Both the position numbers and the translations under genes were made by a program. A DNA stretch of 20,000 nucleotides, from the IMG/VR virus record IMGVR_UViG_3300034656_000087. One strand, 5' to 3'. The DNA is from an uncultured virus (IMG/VR IMGVR_UViG_3300034656_000087). Taxonomy: Duplodnaviria > Heunggongvirae > Uroviricota > Caudoviricetes. The notes under the pieces were generated by a model that did no database searches, was not told where the DNA came from, and worked only from the letters and a program-made list of their open reading frames with translations. This document shows positions 1-8,629 of the stretch, piece after piece (position 1 is the stretch's first letter; every line of letters starts with the position of its first letter).

Positions 1-2
1 TG

Positions 3-1421
3 ATCGCCACCGCGCCCAATGCCAGCCCTGGCACAGCGGCCAGCATCACCGTGAACGGCAGTGAAACCAACGGCAATCTCACCTACACCGCCAAAACCGC
101 CGGCATGGCAGGGAATGGTATCCGCATCACCCACGCAGACCCGGGCGCGCCCTCCTCGCCCATCGGCGTATCAGTGGATCAAAAGCACATCACTGTCGCG
201 CTGGCCACAGATGCCCAGGGCGCGATTCTCAGCACCGCCGATGAAGTCGCCACCGCGATTGCCGCAGATACTGCCGCCGCTGCCCTGGTCACGGTAGCCA
301 CCGAAGGCGACGGTCAAGGGGTAGTCGCGGCCGCCTCGCGCGTCAGCCTCACCGGCGGTACCGACGAACCCTTCCCGCTGAACGAACCGGTGCTAGTCAC
401 CAACATTTACACCGCCATCGGGCAAGCCGGTGCCGGCGGCACGCTGCGTCGAGCGCTTAGCTCCATCGTCGAAGAAACCAAGGCGATGATCGTCATCGTT
501 CGCGTCGAAGAAGGCCAAGATGCAGAAGAAACCACAGCAAACGTCATTGGCGGTGTGGATCAAGTCACCGGCAAAAAGACCGGCATCCAAGCGTTCACGG
601 CAGCAGAAACCAAGTTCGGCGTGAAGCCTCGCATCTTCGGCGCGCCGGATCTCGACACCCAGGCGGTCACCGCCGCCTTTGGCGGTATCGCCCGCCAGTT
701 GCGCGGCTTCCTCTACGCCTTCGCTCACGGCTGCGAAACCAAAGAAGAAGCGCGTATGTATCGCGAGAATTTTGGCGACCGCGAAATCATGATCATTTGG
801 CCCAACTGGCAAGCGTTTGACGTTGATGCCGAAGAAACGCGCCCACTGCCTGCTGTCGCCAAAGCGCTTGGCCACCGTGCGCGCCTGGATAATGAAATTG
901 GCTGGCACAAGACACTATCCAACATGCCGGTTAACGGCGTCACCGGCATTACCAAAGAGCTGTCCTGGGATCTGCAAGATCCTGCCACCGACGCGGGCTA
1001 CCTCAACGAAGCCGACGTCACCACACTGATCCGCAAAGAGGGCTTCCGCTTCTGGGGTTCCCGCACCTGCTCTGCAGATCCGCTCTTCGCCTTCGAGTCC
1101 TACACCCGCACCGCGCAAGTGCTGGCGGATACCATCGCCGAAGCCCATTTCTGGGCAGTCGATAAGCCGATGCACCCATCGCTAGTGCGCGACATTATCG
1201 AAGGCATCAACGCCAAATTCCGCGAGCTAACACGGCGCGGCTACATCCTAGGCGGCACCGCCTGGTTCGACGCAGAGCTAAACACGCCAGAGGTGCTCAA
1301 GAGCGGCAAGCTCTACATCGACTACGACTACACCCCGGTACCGCCGCTAGAAAACCTCATGTTCCAGCAGCGCATCACCGACCGCTACCTAGTCGACTTC
1401 GCCGCCCGCATCACCGAATAA
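3..1421 (+). CDS. Contractile tail sheath protein (P2 gpFI-like), 5'-truncated by the window edge
   Basis: Frame is open from nt 3 (IATAPNA...), so the GTG at 51 is probably not the start. Motifs FPLNEPVLVT, GVKPRIFGAP, GWHKTLSN, GFRFWGSRTCS, DYDYTPVPPLENL are typical of P2 FI. Confidence 0.95.
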   Translation: MATAPNASPGTAASITVNGSETNGNLTYTAKTAGMAGNGIRITHADPGAPSSPIGVSVDQKHITVALATDAQGAILSTADEVATAIAADTAAAALVTVATEGDGQGVVAAASRVSLTGGTDEPFPLNEPVLVTNIYTAIGQAGAGGTLRRALSSIVEETKAMIVIVRVEEGQDAEETTANVIGGVDQVTGKKTGIQAFTAAETKFGVKPRIFGAPDLDTQAVTAAFGGIARQLRGFLYAFAHGCETKEEARMYRENFGDREIMIIWPNWQAFDVDAEETRPLPAVAKALGHRARLDNEIGWHKTLSNMPVNGVTGITKELSWDLQDPATDAGYLNEADVTTLIRKEGFRFWGSRTCSADPLFAFESYTRTAQVLADTIAEAHFWAVDKPMHPSLVRDIIEGINAKFRELTRRGYILGGTAWFDAELNTPEVLKSGKLYIDYDYTPVPPLENLMFQQRITDRYLVDFAARITE

Positions 1422-1460
1422 GCCGCCGCCAAGCGTTAGGCGCTAACAGGAGCAAGCCCA

Positions 1461-1970
1461 ATGGCACTACCTCACATCCTTAAAGACTTCAATTTGTTCG
1501 GCGATGGCAACAACTGGCAAGGCCAAATCCCCGAGCTAACCCTGCCCGAACTCGCCCGCCGGATGGTGGAATACGAAGGTGGCGGCATGGACGGCCCGAT
1601 TGAAGTCGACCACGGCAACGAACTGCAGGAATTTGAGTGGACCGCAGGCGGCATGATTGTCGATATCTTCGACACCTACGGCAGCCCCGTTCACGATGCC
1701 GCCCTGCTCCGCATGACCGGCTCTTACGAATCCGACGAAGACGGCAGCATCATTCCCGTCGAGATCGTCATGCGCGGTCGCCATAAGACCGTCTCAATGG
1801 GCGATGCCAGCAAAGGCGACAACAACCAAATCAGCGTCACCACCACGCTGAGCTACTTCAAGCTCACCGTTGACGGTGAAGACATCATCGAGCGCGACGT
1901 GCCCGGCTACGTATTCAGCGTGCGTGGTGAAGATCGCCTTGCCGAGCGCCGCCAAGCCCTAGGCCTGTAA
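1461..1970 (+). CDS. Major tail tube protein (P2 gpFII-like)
   Basis: MALPHILKDFNLF...LTLPEL...YEGGGMDG...EIVMRGR; 169 aa; AGGAG RBS; directly follows sheath. Confidence 0.95.
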   Translation: MALPHILKDFNLFGDGNNWQGQIPELTLPELARRMVEYEGGGMDGPIEVDHGNELQEFEWTAGGMIVDIFDTYGSPVHDAALLRMTGSYESDEDGSIIPVEIVMRGRHKTVSMGDASKGDNNQISVTTTLSYFKLTVDGEDIIERDVPGYVFSVRGEDRLAERRQALGL

Positions 1971-2035
1971 TACCTAGCCAGTCAAGCACCACGGCCGCCC
2001 AGGCGGCCAAGCCCAACCCATAGGAAACCATCGCA

Positions 2036-2389
2036 ATGAGCGAAAAGACCGAAGCCCAAGCAGTAGAGCAAGTCACCGAAGCCCAGCCCGCCACCGCCCC
2101 CGGCGTGCCCACCGAAGTAGTCGAGCTGGAAACCCCGCTGCAGCGTGGCAAAACGCTGGTGAAAGAGATCACCGTGCGCAAGCCCATGAGCGGTGGCATG
2201 CGCGGCGTCTCGCTGGTCGACATCATGAACCTAGACGTAGCCGCCCTCACCAAAGTGATGCCCCGCATCACCACGCCCGCGCTCACCGAAGCCGAGCTGA
2301 AAACCATGGACATCGTCGACCTGGTGCAACTCGGCACGGCGCTGAACGGTTTTTTAACCCCAAAGAAGTTCAAGGAAATCGAGGCCTAG
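2036..2389 (+). CDS. Tail assembly chaperone (P2 gpE-like)
   Basis: LETPLQRGKT...LRKP-like ITVRKP...GMRGVSLVD...VMPRITTPALT...D..DL; position between tube and tape measure. Confidence 0.92.
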   Translation: MSEKTEAQAVEQVTEAQPATAPGVPTEVVELETPLQRGKTLVKEITVRKPMSGGMRGVSLVDIMNLDVAALTKVMPRITTPALTEAELKTMDIVDLVQLGTALNGFLTPKKFKEIEA

Positions 2390-2559
2390 CCCTGCCCGAG
2401 TTCGTCGAAGACGCCATGGCGGATCTCGCCATGGTGTTTCACTGGGAACCCAGCGCGATGGACGGCATGGAACTCGACGAACTCATGGAATGGCGCGAAC
2501 GCGCCCGCAAACGCCACGAAGGCAGCAAGCCCAAAGGTGGCAAGCAAGGCAAAAAGTAA
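2350..2559 (+). CDS. gpE' extension reached by programmed -1 frameshift (gpE+E' = 2036..2559); absent from the ORF track
   Basis: T TTT TTA heptamer at 2350-2356 in the gpE frame. The -1 frame reads ...EFVEDAMADLAMVFHWEPSAMDGMELDELMEWRERARKR...GKK* (TAA 2557-2559), matching the P2 gpE' pattern MAD.A..FHW.PS....M.L.EL..WRE.A. Confidence 0.9.
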   Translation, partial: FFNPKEVQGNRGLALPEFVEDAMADLAMVFHWEPSAMDGMELDELMEWRERARKRHEGSKPKGGKQGKK

Positions 2560-2580
2560 GGCCGCAAATAAGGAAAGCCG

Positions 2581-5500
2581 ATGGCACGCAATCTACGACT
2601 GCAAGTGATGCTCAACGCCGTGGACCGTGTCACCGGCCCACTCAAACGCATGCGCCAAGGGGCCGGGCAAACCGGCCAAGCCATGCGCGAAACCCGCGAC
2701 CAGTTCAAAGAGCTACAGCGCACCCAAAGCGACCTCACCAGCTACCGCAAAGCCAACGCGGCCATGCGGCAGAACACCCGCGCGATGCGCGACGCTCGCG
2801 CCCGCAACCACCAGTACACCCAGGCGCTAGAACAGCAGCGCGAAGCCCACGCCAACGTGAAATCAGGGCTCACCGTTGCCCGCCGGGAATACGACCGCCT
2901 CGCCAAAGAGCTGCTCAAAACCAAACAGCCCAGCGACCAGCTAACCGCCTCGCTAGAGCGCGCCCGCGTGCGCCTGCACGGCCAGCAAACCGAGTTCGAC
3001 CGATCCGCCCGCGCAATGAAGGAATACCGCAACCGCGTGCGCCATGCAGGCGAAGAGGTCAAGCGACTAACTCAGGATCACGCCACGCAAACCGAGCGCA
3101 TCCGTGGGCTAAAAACACGCCTGGATGAGGCGGGCATCAGCACCGACAACCTCGGCAGAAGCGCCCGCGAACTGCGAACAAACGAGGAGCGGCTTAACAC
3201 CGCGCTGCAGGAGCAAAAACGCCACCTCTCAGAAGTTGCAGAACGCCAGCGGCGCTTAACCCAAGCGCGCGACCGCTATCAAAACGGCATGGCAAGCGTG
3301 GCTAGTGCCCAGGGAGTGGGCATGGGCATGTTCGGTACCGGCCTCGCCCAAGGCTACGCGGCTAGCCGCCTGTTAACCCCAGGCGTAGCGTTTGGTGAAT
3401 CCATGTCCGGGGTTCAGGCGCTCACTCGTCTCGAAGCGGACGATGAGCGATTCCTGGCATTAAAGCAGCAGGCTAGAGAGCTGGGTTCATCAACAGCATT
3501 TAGCGCGACCCAGGCCGCTGATGCCCAAGGCTTTTTAGCGATGGCGGGCTTTGATTCAGACGCTATTCAAGCGGCCATGCCATCAATGCTGAACTTGGCA
3601 TTAGCGAATAATGCCGACCTCGCCAGAACGGCTGACATCTCCTCAAACATTCTTTCAGGGTTCGGTCTTGACCCCAATGAGATGCAGCGCGTCAGCGACG
3701 TATTAACCGCCACGACGACGCGCGCAAACGTCGACCTGAGTATGCTTGGGGAGTCCATGAAGTACGTCGCTCCTCAAGCTAGAGCAATGAATATGTCGCT
3801 AGAGCAGTCGGCAGCAATGGCCGGATTGCTGGGCAATGTCGGCATTCAAGGAAGTCAAGCGGGCACCACGCTAAGGGCTATGGTGGTTCGGCTGGCGGCA
3901 CCCACAGGGGCGGCAGCAGGGGCGCTAGATGAGCTAGGTGTTAATGCAAAAGATGCACAGGGAAATCTCCGCGATATACCCAATATCCTGTCGGACGTGG
4001 CACGAGCCACCGAGACGATGGGTAACGCTGATCAAGCAGGCTACCTGAAAGCTATCTTTGGAGAAGAGCCAGGCGCGGGAATGGCTGAGCTGATTGCTCA
4101 ACAAGGGACCGAAGGGATTGAGGCCTTCGTTGAAGTGCTGAGCAATTCCATGGGAGAAGCGGCCCGTGTAGCCAAAACCCGAGCTGACAACATTGGCGGC
4201 GACCTAAAAGGTCTGCGTAGCGCCTGGGAAGACGTGGGTATTAGCATTACTGAAACCAACAAAGGCCCACTGCGAGATCTCATTCAGGGTATAACGAAGG
4301 TGACGCGCAGTGTAAGCGCGTGGATCGAAGTCAATCCCGAGCTAGCGGGCACCATCGCCAAGGTCGCAGCGGGCATGATCGCCCTGGCAACCGTCGGTGG
4401 CGCTGTCACCATGACATTCGCCAGCATCCTCTCCCCGCTGCTGTTTGCCAAATTCGCCATGACCACCCTCGGCATCAAGGTCGGTGGCTTAGGCGCGGCG
4501 CTGGGCTGGATTGCCAAAACCGCCATCCCCTGGGTAGCCGGTGCGCTAAAAGGCCTACTGGTGGCCATGGGGCCAATCGGCTGGGGTATTGCCGCCATCG
4601 CCGGTGCCGCCTACCTGATCTATCAATACTGGGAGCCCATCAAAGCGTTTTTCGTGGGCCTATGGCAGCAAGTCAAAACCGCATTCGATGAAGGTGTGGG
4701 CGGCGTGGCGCGCCTACTGCTCAACTGGTCGCCGTATGGGCTGATCTACAACGCCATCACCAGCACCGTTGAGCGCTTGGGTATCACTATTCCCGAAGGG
4801 TTTAGCGACTTCGGCAGCATGATTGTAGATGGGCTTATTGGAGGGATAAGGAGTAAGTTCGGAGAGCTGCGCGAATCTATAAGCAATATGGCATCCAGTG
4901 TCTCGAACCGGTTTAAGGAGATACTGGGCATTAACTCGCCCAGCCGGGTATTTGAAGGCTTCGGTGCCAATATTGTTGAAGGCATTATCGGCGGCATATC
5001 CGGCATGGTTGGCACGCTCAAGGATCACGTCACCGGCTTGGCTGGCGATATAGCGGGCTGGATGGGCGACACAGTGGGCAATGCGGTTGATGCGGGTCGC
5101 GATATTGCCAATGGCTTGGGCGAAGGAATCTCCAATGCGGCAGGCTGGACGCTGGCCAAGGTGAGAGAGCTGGCAGGAGGTACTGAAGATGAAGCGAGGG
5201 AGCGGCTAGACACCAATTCGCCAAGCCGTGTGTTTCGTAGCATTGGTATGGATGTGTCCGCCGGGTTGGCTGGCGGCATTGAGGGCGATGCAGATAGTCC
5301 TGTTAAGCAGGTGCGTAGCATCGCTAGCCGACTGCGCGACGCCGCCACTGGTCTAATGTTGAGCGCGGGGATTGCGTCGCCCGCCATGGCGATGGAGGTG
5401 CAGCCGCCAGAGCTACCGCAACTGCCGGGGCTGTACGCCCACATCGAGCGCCCAGAGCTTCCCACGCCGGATGCGCTGCAGGTAGAGCGCCCCACGCTGC

Positions 5501-6249
5501 CAGAGCTGAGCGCACCAGAGATTCAGCGCCCAGAGCTACCGCAACTGCCGCAGCTGTACGCCCACATCGAGCACCCAGAGCTGCCCACGTTGGATGCGCT
5601 GCAGGTAGAGCGCCCCACGCTGCCAGAGCTGAGCGCACCAGAGATTCAGCGCCCAGAGCTACCGCAACTGCCGGGGCTGTACGCCCACATCGAGCGCCCA
5701 GAGCTGCCCACGCTGGATGCGCTGCAGGTAGAGCGCCCCACGCTGCCAGAGCTGAGCGCACCAGAGATCCAGCGCCCAGAGCTACCGCAACTGCCGGGGC
5801 TGTATGCCCACATAGAGCGCCCAGAGCTGCCCACGCTGGATGCGCTGCAGGTAGAGCGCCCCACGCTGCCAGAGCTGAGCGCGCCAGAGATTCAGCGCCC
5901 AGAGCTACCGCAACTGCCGGGGCTGTATGCCCACATAGAGCGCCCAGAGCTGCCCACGCTGGATGCGCTGGGGTTCCAGTGGCCAGAGCTACCGCAATTC
6001 GACCCACTACGCATCGACACCAGCGGCATCCAGATCGACGCCCGCCCACCACTGCAAAGCCACGCCAGCGCAGCGCCCAGCGGTGGGCTAGTGATTCACG
6101 GCGGTATCAACATCGAGGTGCACGCTTCCCCCGGCATGGATGAGCAAGCGCTGGCACGCCTGGTGAATGAGCAAGTACAGCGCGCACTCCAAGATGCCGA
6201 GCGCCGCGCCGCCGCTGCCAGCCGTCGCAACTTCCACGATAACGATTGA
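2581..6249 (+). CDS. Tail tape measure protein (P2 gpT-like, TP901-type core)
   Basis: N-terminal LRLQVMLNAVDRVTGP, coiled-coil region, core motifs (STAFSATQAADAQGFLAMAG, LGESMKYVAP, GIQGSQAGTTLR), hydrophobic segment, SPSRVF motifs; 1222 aa. Confidence 0.95.
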   Translation: MARNLRLQVMLNAVDRVTGPLKRMRQGAGQTGQAMRETRDQFKELQRTQSDLTSYRKANAAMRQNTRAMRDARARNHQYTQALEQQREAHANVKSGLTVARREYDRLAKELLKTKQPSDQLTASLERARVRLHGQQTEFDRSARAMKEYRNRVRHAGEEVKRLTQDHATQTERIRGLKTRLDEAGISTDNLGRSARELRTNEERLNTALQEQKRHLSEVAERQRRLTQARDRYQNGMASVASAQGVGMGMFGTGLAQGYAASRLLTPGVAFGESMSGVQALTRLEADDERFLALKQQARELGSSTAFSATQAADAQGFLAMAGFDSDAIQAAMPSMLNLALANNADLARTADISSNILSGFGLDPNEMQRVSDVLTATTTRANVDLSMLGESMKYVAPQARAMNMSLEQSAAMAGLLGNVGIQGSQAGTTLRAMVVRLAAPTGAAAGALDELGVNAKDAQGNLRDIPNILSDVARATETMGNADQAGYLKAIFGEEPGAGMAELIAQQGTEGIEAFVEVLSNSMGEAARVAKTRADNIGGDLKGLRSAWEDVGISITETNKGPLRDLIQGITKVTRSVSAWIEVNPELAGTIAKVAAGMIALATVGGAVTMTFASILSPLLFAKFAMTTLGIKVGGLGAALGWIAKTAIPWVAGALKGLLVAMGPIGWGIAAIAGAAYLIYQYWEPIKAFFVGLWQQVKTAFDEGVGGVARLLLNWSPYGLIYNAITSTVERLGITIPEGFSDFGSMIVDGLIGGIRSKFGELRESISNMASSVSNRFKEILGINSPSRVFEGFGANIVEGIIGGISGMVGTLKDHVTGLAGDIAGWMGDTVGNAVDAGRDIANGLGEGISNAAGWTLAKVRELAGGTEDEARERLDTNSPSRVFRSIGMDVSAGLAGGIEGDADSPVKQVRSIASRLRDAATGLMLSAGIASPAMAMEVQPPELPQLPGLYAHIERPELPTPDALQVERPTLPELSAPEIQRPELPQLPQLYAHIEHPELPTLDALQVERPTLPELSAPEIQRPELPQLPGLYAHIERPELPTLDALQVERPTLPELSAPEIQRPELPQLPGLYAHIERPELPTLDALQVERPTLPELSAPEIQRPELPQLPGLYAHIERPELPTLDALGFQWPELPQFDPLRIDTSGIQIDARPPLQSHASAAPSGGLVIHGGINIEVHASPGMDEQALARLVNEQVQRALQDAERRAAAASRRNFHDND
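5407..5970 (+). repeat. In-frame tandem repeat, 123-bp unit, about 4.6 copies, encoding 41-aa PELPQLPGLYAHIERPELPTLDALQVERPTLPELSAPEIQR
   Basis: Unit starts (ccagagctaccgcaactgccg) at 5407, 5530, 5653, 5776 and 5899; few substitutions between copies. Confidence 0.97.
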
Positions 6250-6259
6250 GGGCAATCAC

Positions 6260-6703
6260 ATGATGATGACCTACGGCCTGTTTGTGTTCGGCCTCAGCAC
6301 CGCCGCTTATCAGGAACTACAGCGGCAAACCCACTGGCGGCACGCCAGCACCTCACGCATCAACGCCCGCCCGGTGCACCAGTTCCTTGGCCCTGGTGAC
6401 GACACCATCAACCTAACCGGCACCCTGCTGCCCATGTTCACCGGCGGCCAACAGAACCTTGATATGCTCCGCGCCCTGGCCGATGAAGGCCGCGCGTGGC
6501 CGCTAATCGAGGGCACCGGCACCTACTACGGCATGTACACCATCGAAAGCCTCACCGAGCGCAAAAGCGAGTTCTTCCGCGACGGTGCCGCCAAGCAAAT
6601 CGAGTTTGATCTAAAGCTAACTCGCATCGATGAAGGCCGAACCGAGCTGCTTGGCATACTGGAAAGCAGCGCCCTACGTGCCATTACCGGGGCACTGGCA
6701 TGA
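6260..6703 (+). CDS. Tail protein gpU-like (tube initiator)
   Basis: MMMTYGLFVFGL...QRQTHWRH...R...QFLGPGDDTINLTGTL...G.AWPLIEGTG..YGMY.IE; start reassigned to ATG 6260 after GAGG and the TMP stop. Confidence 0.92.
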   Translation: MMMTYGLFVFGLSTAAYQELQRQTHWRHASTSRINARPVHQFLGPGDDTINLTGTLLPMFTGGQQNLDMLRALADEGRAWPLIEGTGTYYGMYTIESLTERKSEFFRDGAAKQIEFDLKLTRIDEGRTELLGILESSALRAITGALA

Positions 6704-7701
6704 GCAGGCAGCCCGACTACCGCATCAGCCTACAAGGGCAAGTCATCAGCCCCGAGTTTCGCGCCCGCCTGGCATCGCTCACCCTGCACGATCGGCGCGG
6801 CATGCAAGCCGACCAGCTGGATATCACACTGACAGACGACGACGGCATGCTCGATATACCGCCCACCGGGGCAGAGCTAACCCTGGCCATCGGCTGGAAA
6901 GGCCAAGCGCTCACTGAGCGCGGCACGTTCATTGTCGATGAGGTGGAGCACACCGGCGCGCCGGATACGCTCAACATCCGCGCATCCAGTGCCAACATGC
7001 GCCAAGGGCTACCGGGGAAGCGCACGCAAAGCTGGGATGAGGTCACGGTGCGCGACATTATCGACACCATCGCCGCCCGCCATGAGCTAACACCCAGCGT
7101 GGGGGCAACGCTGGCGGGCGTGCGGATCACCCACATCGACCAAACCGACGAATCAGACCTCCACTTCCTCACGCGCCTGGCGGAACGCTTCGACGCGGTG
7201 GCCACCGTCAAAACCGGCCACCTGATTTTTGTACCCGCTGGCCAAGCCACCACCGCCACCGGGTTAGAGATCCCGCCCATTCAGCTGCGCCGTCAGAGCG
7301 GCGACCGGCACCGCTACCTAAAGGCCGAACGGGATGCCTACACCGGCGTGACCGCGCTATGGAATAACAAGGCCCACGCCCGACGCGAAGCCGTCACCGT
7401 GGGCGAGCCACAAAACGCCCAGCAGCTACGCCACACTTACGCCAGCGAGGATGAGGCCTTAGAAGCCGCCCAAGCCGAGTGGCAACGCATTCAACGCGGA
7501 ATGGCGTATTTCAGTATCACCCAAGCCATCGGCGACCCCGAGCTATTTCCCGAAACCCCCGTATGGTGCATCGGCTGGAAACCCCAGATCGACGCAACAC
7601 CGTGGATCATCACCGAAGTAACCCACAGCCTCACCGACAGCAGCTACACTACCGCCCTGCAGCTAGAAAAGCGCGACAGCGAACACACCCCGCCCAACTA
7701 A
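6700..7701 (+). CDS. Late control / baseplate hub protein gpD-like
   Basis: RLASLTLHDRRGMQADQLDITL.D.DG, GTFIVDEVEHTGAPD, HIDQTDESDLHFLTRLA; ATGA overlap with gpU. Confidence 0.93.
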   Translation: MSRQPDYRISLQGQVISPEFRARLASLTLHDRRGMQADQLDITLTDDDGMLDIPPTGAELTLAIGWKGQALTERGTFIVDEVEHTGAPDTLNIRASSANMRQGLPGKRTQSWDEVTVRDIIDTIAARHELTPSVGATLAGVRITHIDQTDESDLHFLTRLAERFDAVATVKTGHLIFVPAGQATTATGLEIPPIQLRRQSGDRHRYLKAERDAYTGVTALWNNKAHARREAVTVGEPQNAQQLRHTYASEDEALEAAQAEWQRIQRGMAYFSITQAIGDPELFPETPVWCIGWKPQIDATPWIITEVTHSLTDSSYTTALQLEKRDSEHTPPN

Positions 7702-7708
7702 AGTCCAC

Positions 7709-7735
7709 AAAAAAGCCCCGATATACTCGGGGCTT
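7709..7735 (-). terminator. Rho-independent terminator for the minus-strand cargo block (possibly bidirectional)
   Basis: AAGCCCCGA-tatac-TCGGGGCTT hairpin with an A6 run at 7709-7714 (U-tract on minus strand), between convergent gpD and the DUF3037-like gene. Confidence 0.8.
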
Positions 7736-7754
7736 GTGCAGGTGAATTTTGAAT

Positions 7755-8627
7755 CTAACCGGCAAGACACCATTTCTGAACTTGCTCAGTGATCTCTTGA
7801 GCATTTTCCGCCTGCTGATATGGTATATCCATGCTGTTGAGATAGCGCGCGAACTTATCTGTTTCGGCTTCCGCGTAGTTCAAGGCATCTTTTCGCATGC
7901 TGTCTTTGTTAGGACGAAGAATAAATATCTCACCTCGTGAGAAAAGTTTCTCCCGCAACGCCAAAGATACATCCCGATACCCAACGAGCAATTCGCTCTG
8001 AACCTTTTCTGCCTTTGTAAAATCTGCAGACACAAGGGTTGCTGCTTCTCCACTGCCTATTTTGCCACCAGATTCACGCCTGAACGGTAGGAATATCTCA
8101 AAGCCATCATTCGTTTGAATGGTTGGCTCTTCTGGCACGTATCTAGACGCTGCGCTTCTGCCGAGACGGTGAGCCAGAGCTTCATAAACGTTTTTGGATG
8201 CAGCTTTCCTAGTGACGGGCACATGCCGCGTGGCTCTAGCCGAGGTGATGCTCAACGGCACCAAGTCAGAAACTAAGCGACTGAGAATCTGTGTTGCATT
8301 TTCCCCCTGAGCAAACCCGCCTTTCATGAAGTGAAGCTGAGGTGTCTCAAGGTCAAAGAAAAGCTGTTCATCATTCACAAGTTCTGTAGCAATTTGGCAC
8401 GCGAGCTGAGCATGAAAGATCGCATCCTGACCGTATAGGCAGCGTATACGGGCAAATTCATCAATAGTCTGGATCGACCGAAAACCATCACTGTCCACGA
8501 AAGCAATACCGATATTGAGACGCTCACTCGCTGCGACATCGGGAGTCCATTGTACCCGATACCAGTTGCCGCTCACCGACGGTCGAGATACCGACTTTTG
8601 CTTTTTAAAAATCTCATCAATCAGCAT
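7755..8627 (-). CDS. DUF3037-like protein, partner of the HipA-like kinase
   Basis: N-terminal WYRVQWTPDVAASERLNIGIAF resembles the DUF3037 signature (Y/W..i...PD....E.lNvGv); 2-nt gap after the kinase stop. Confidence 0.65.
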   Translation of the reverse strand: MLIDEIFKKQKSVSRPSVSGNWYRVQWTPDVAASERLNIGIAFVDSDGFRSIQTIDEFARIRCLYGQDAIFHAQLACQIATELVNDEQLFFDLETPQLHFMKGGFAQGENATQILSRLVSDLVPLSITSARATRHVPVTRKAASKNVYEALAHRLGRSAASRYVPEEPTIQTNDGFEIFLPFRRESGGKIGSGEAATLVSADFTKAEKVQSELLVGYRDVSLALREKLFSRGEIFILRPNKDSMRKDALNYAEAETDKFARYLNSMDIPYQQAENAQEITEQVQKWCLAG

Positions 8628-8629
8628 GG

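Noticed and set aside
2490..3128. 212-aa Arg/Pro-rich + strand ORF
   Set aside because: Alternative frame over gpE' and the TMP start, with composition typical of GC-rich off-frame translation.
5407..5970. Repeat array as a CRISPR or DGR template/variable repeat
   Set aside because: Units are contiguous with no unique spacers, keep the TMP frame, differences are not adenine-specific, and no cas or reverse transcriptase gene is in the window.
5324..6052. 242-aa minus-strand ORF with repeats (and 5025..5495, 5646..5864)
   Set aside because: Antisense shadows of the stop-free TMP repeat; no independent evidence of coding.
6167..6259. N-terminal extension of gpU in the ORF track
   Set aside because: Overlaps the TMP 3' end; gpU similarity and the RBS point to ATG 6260.
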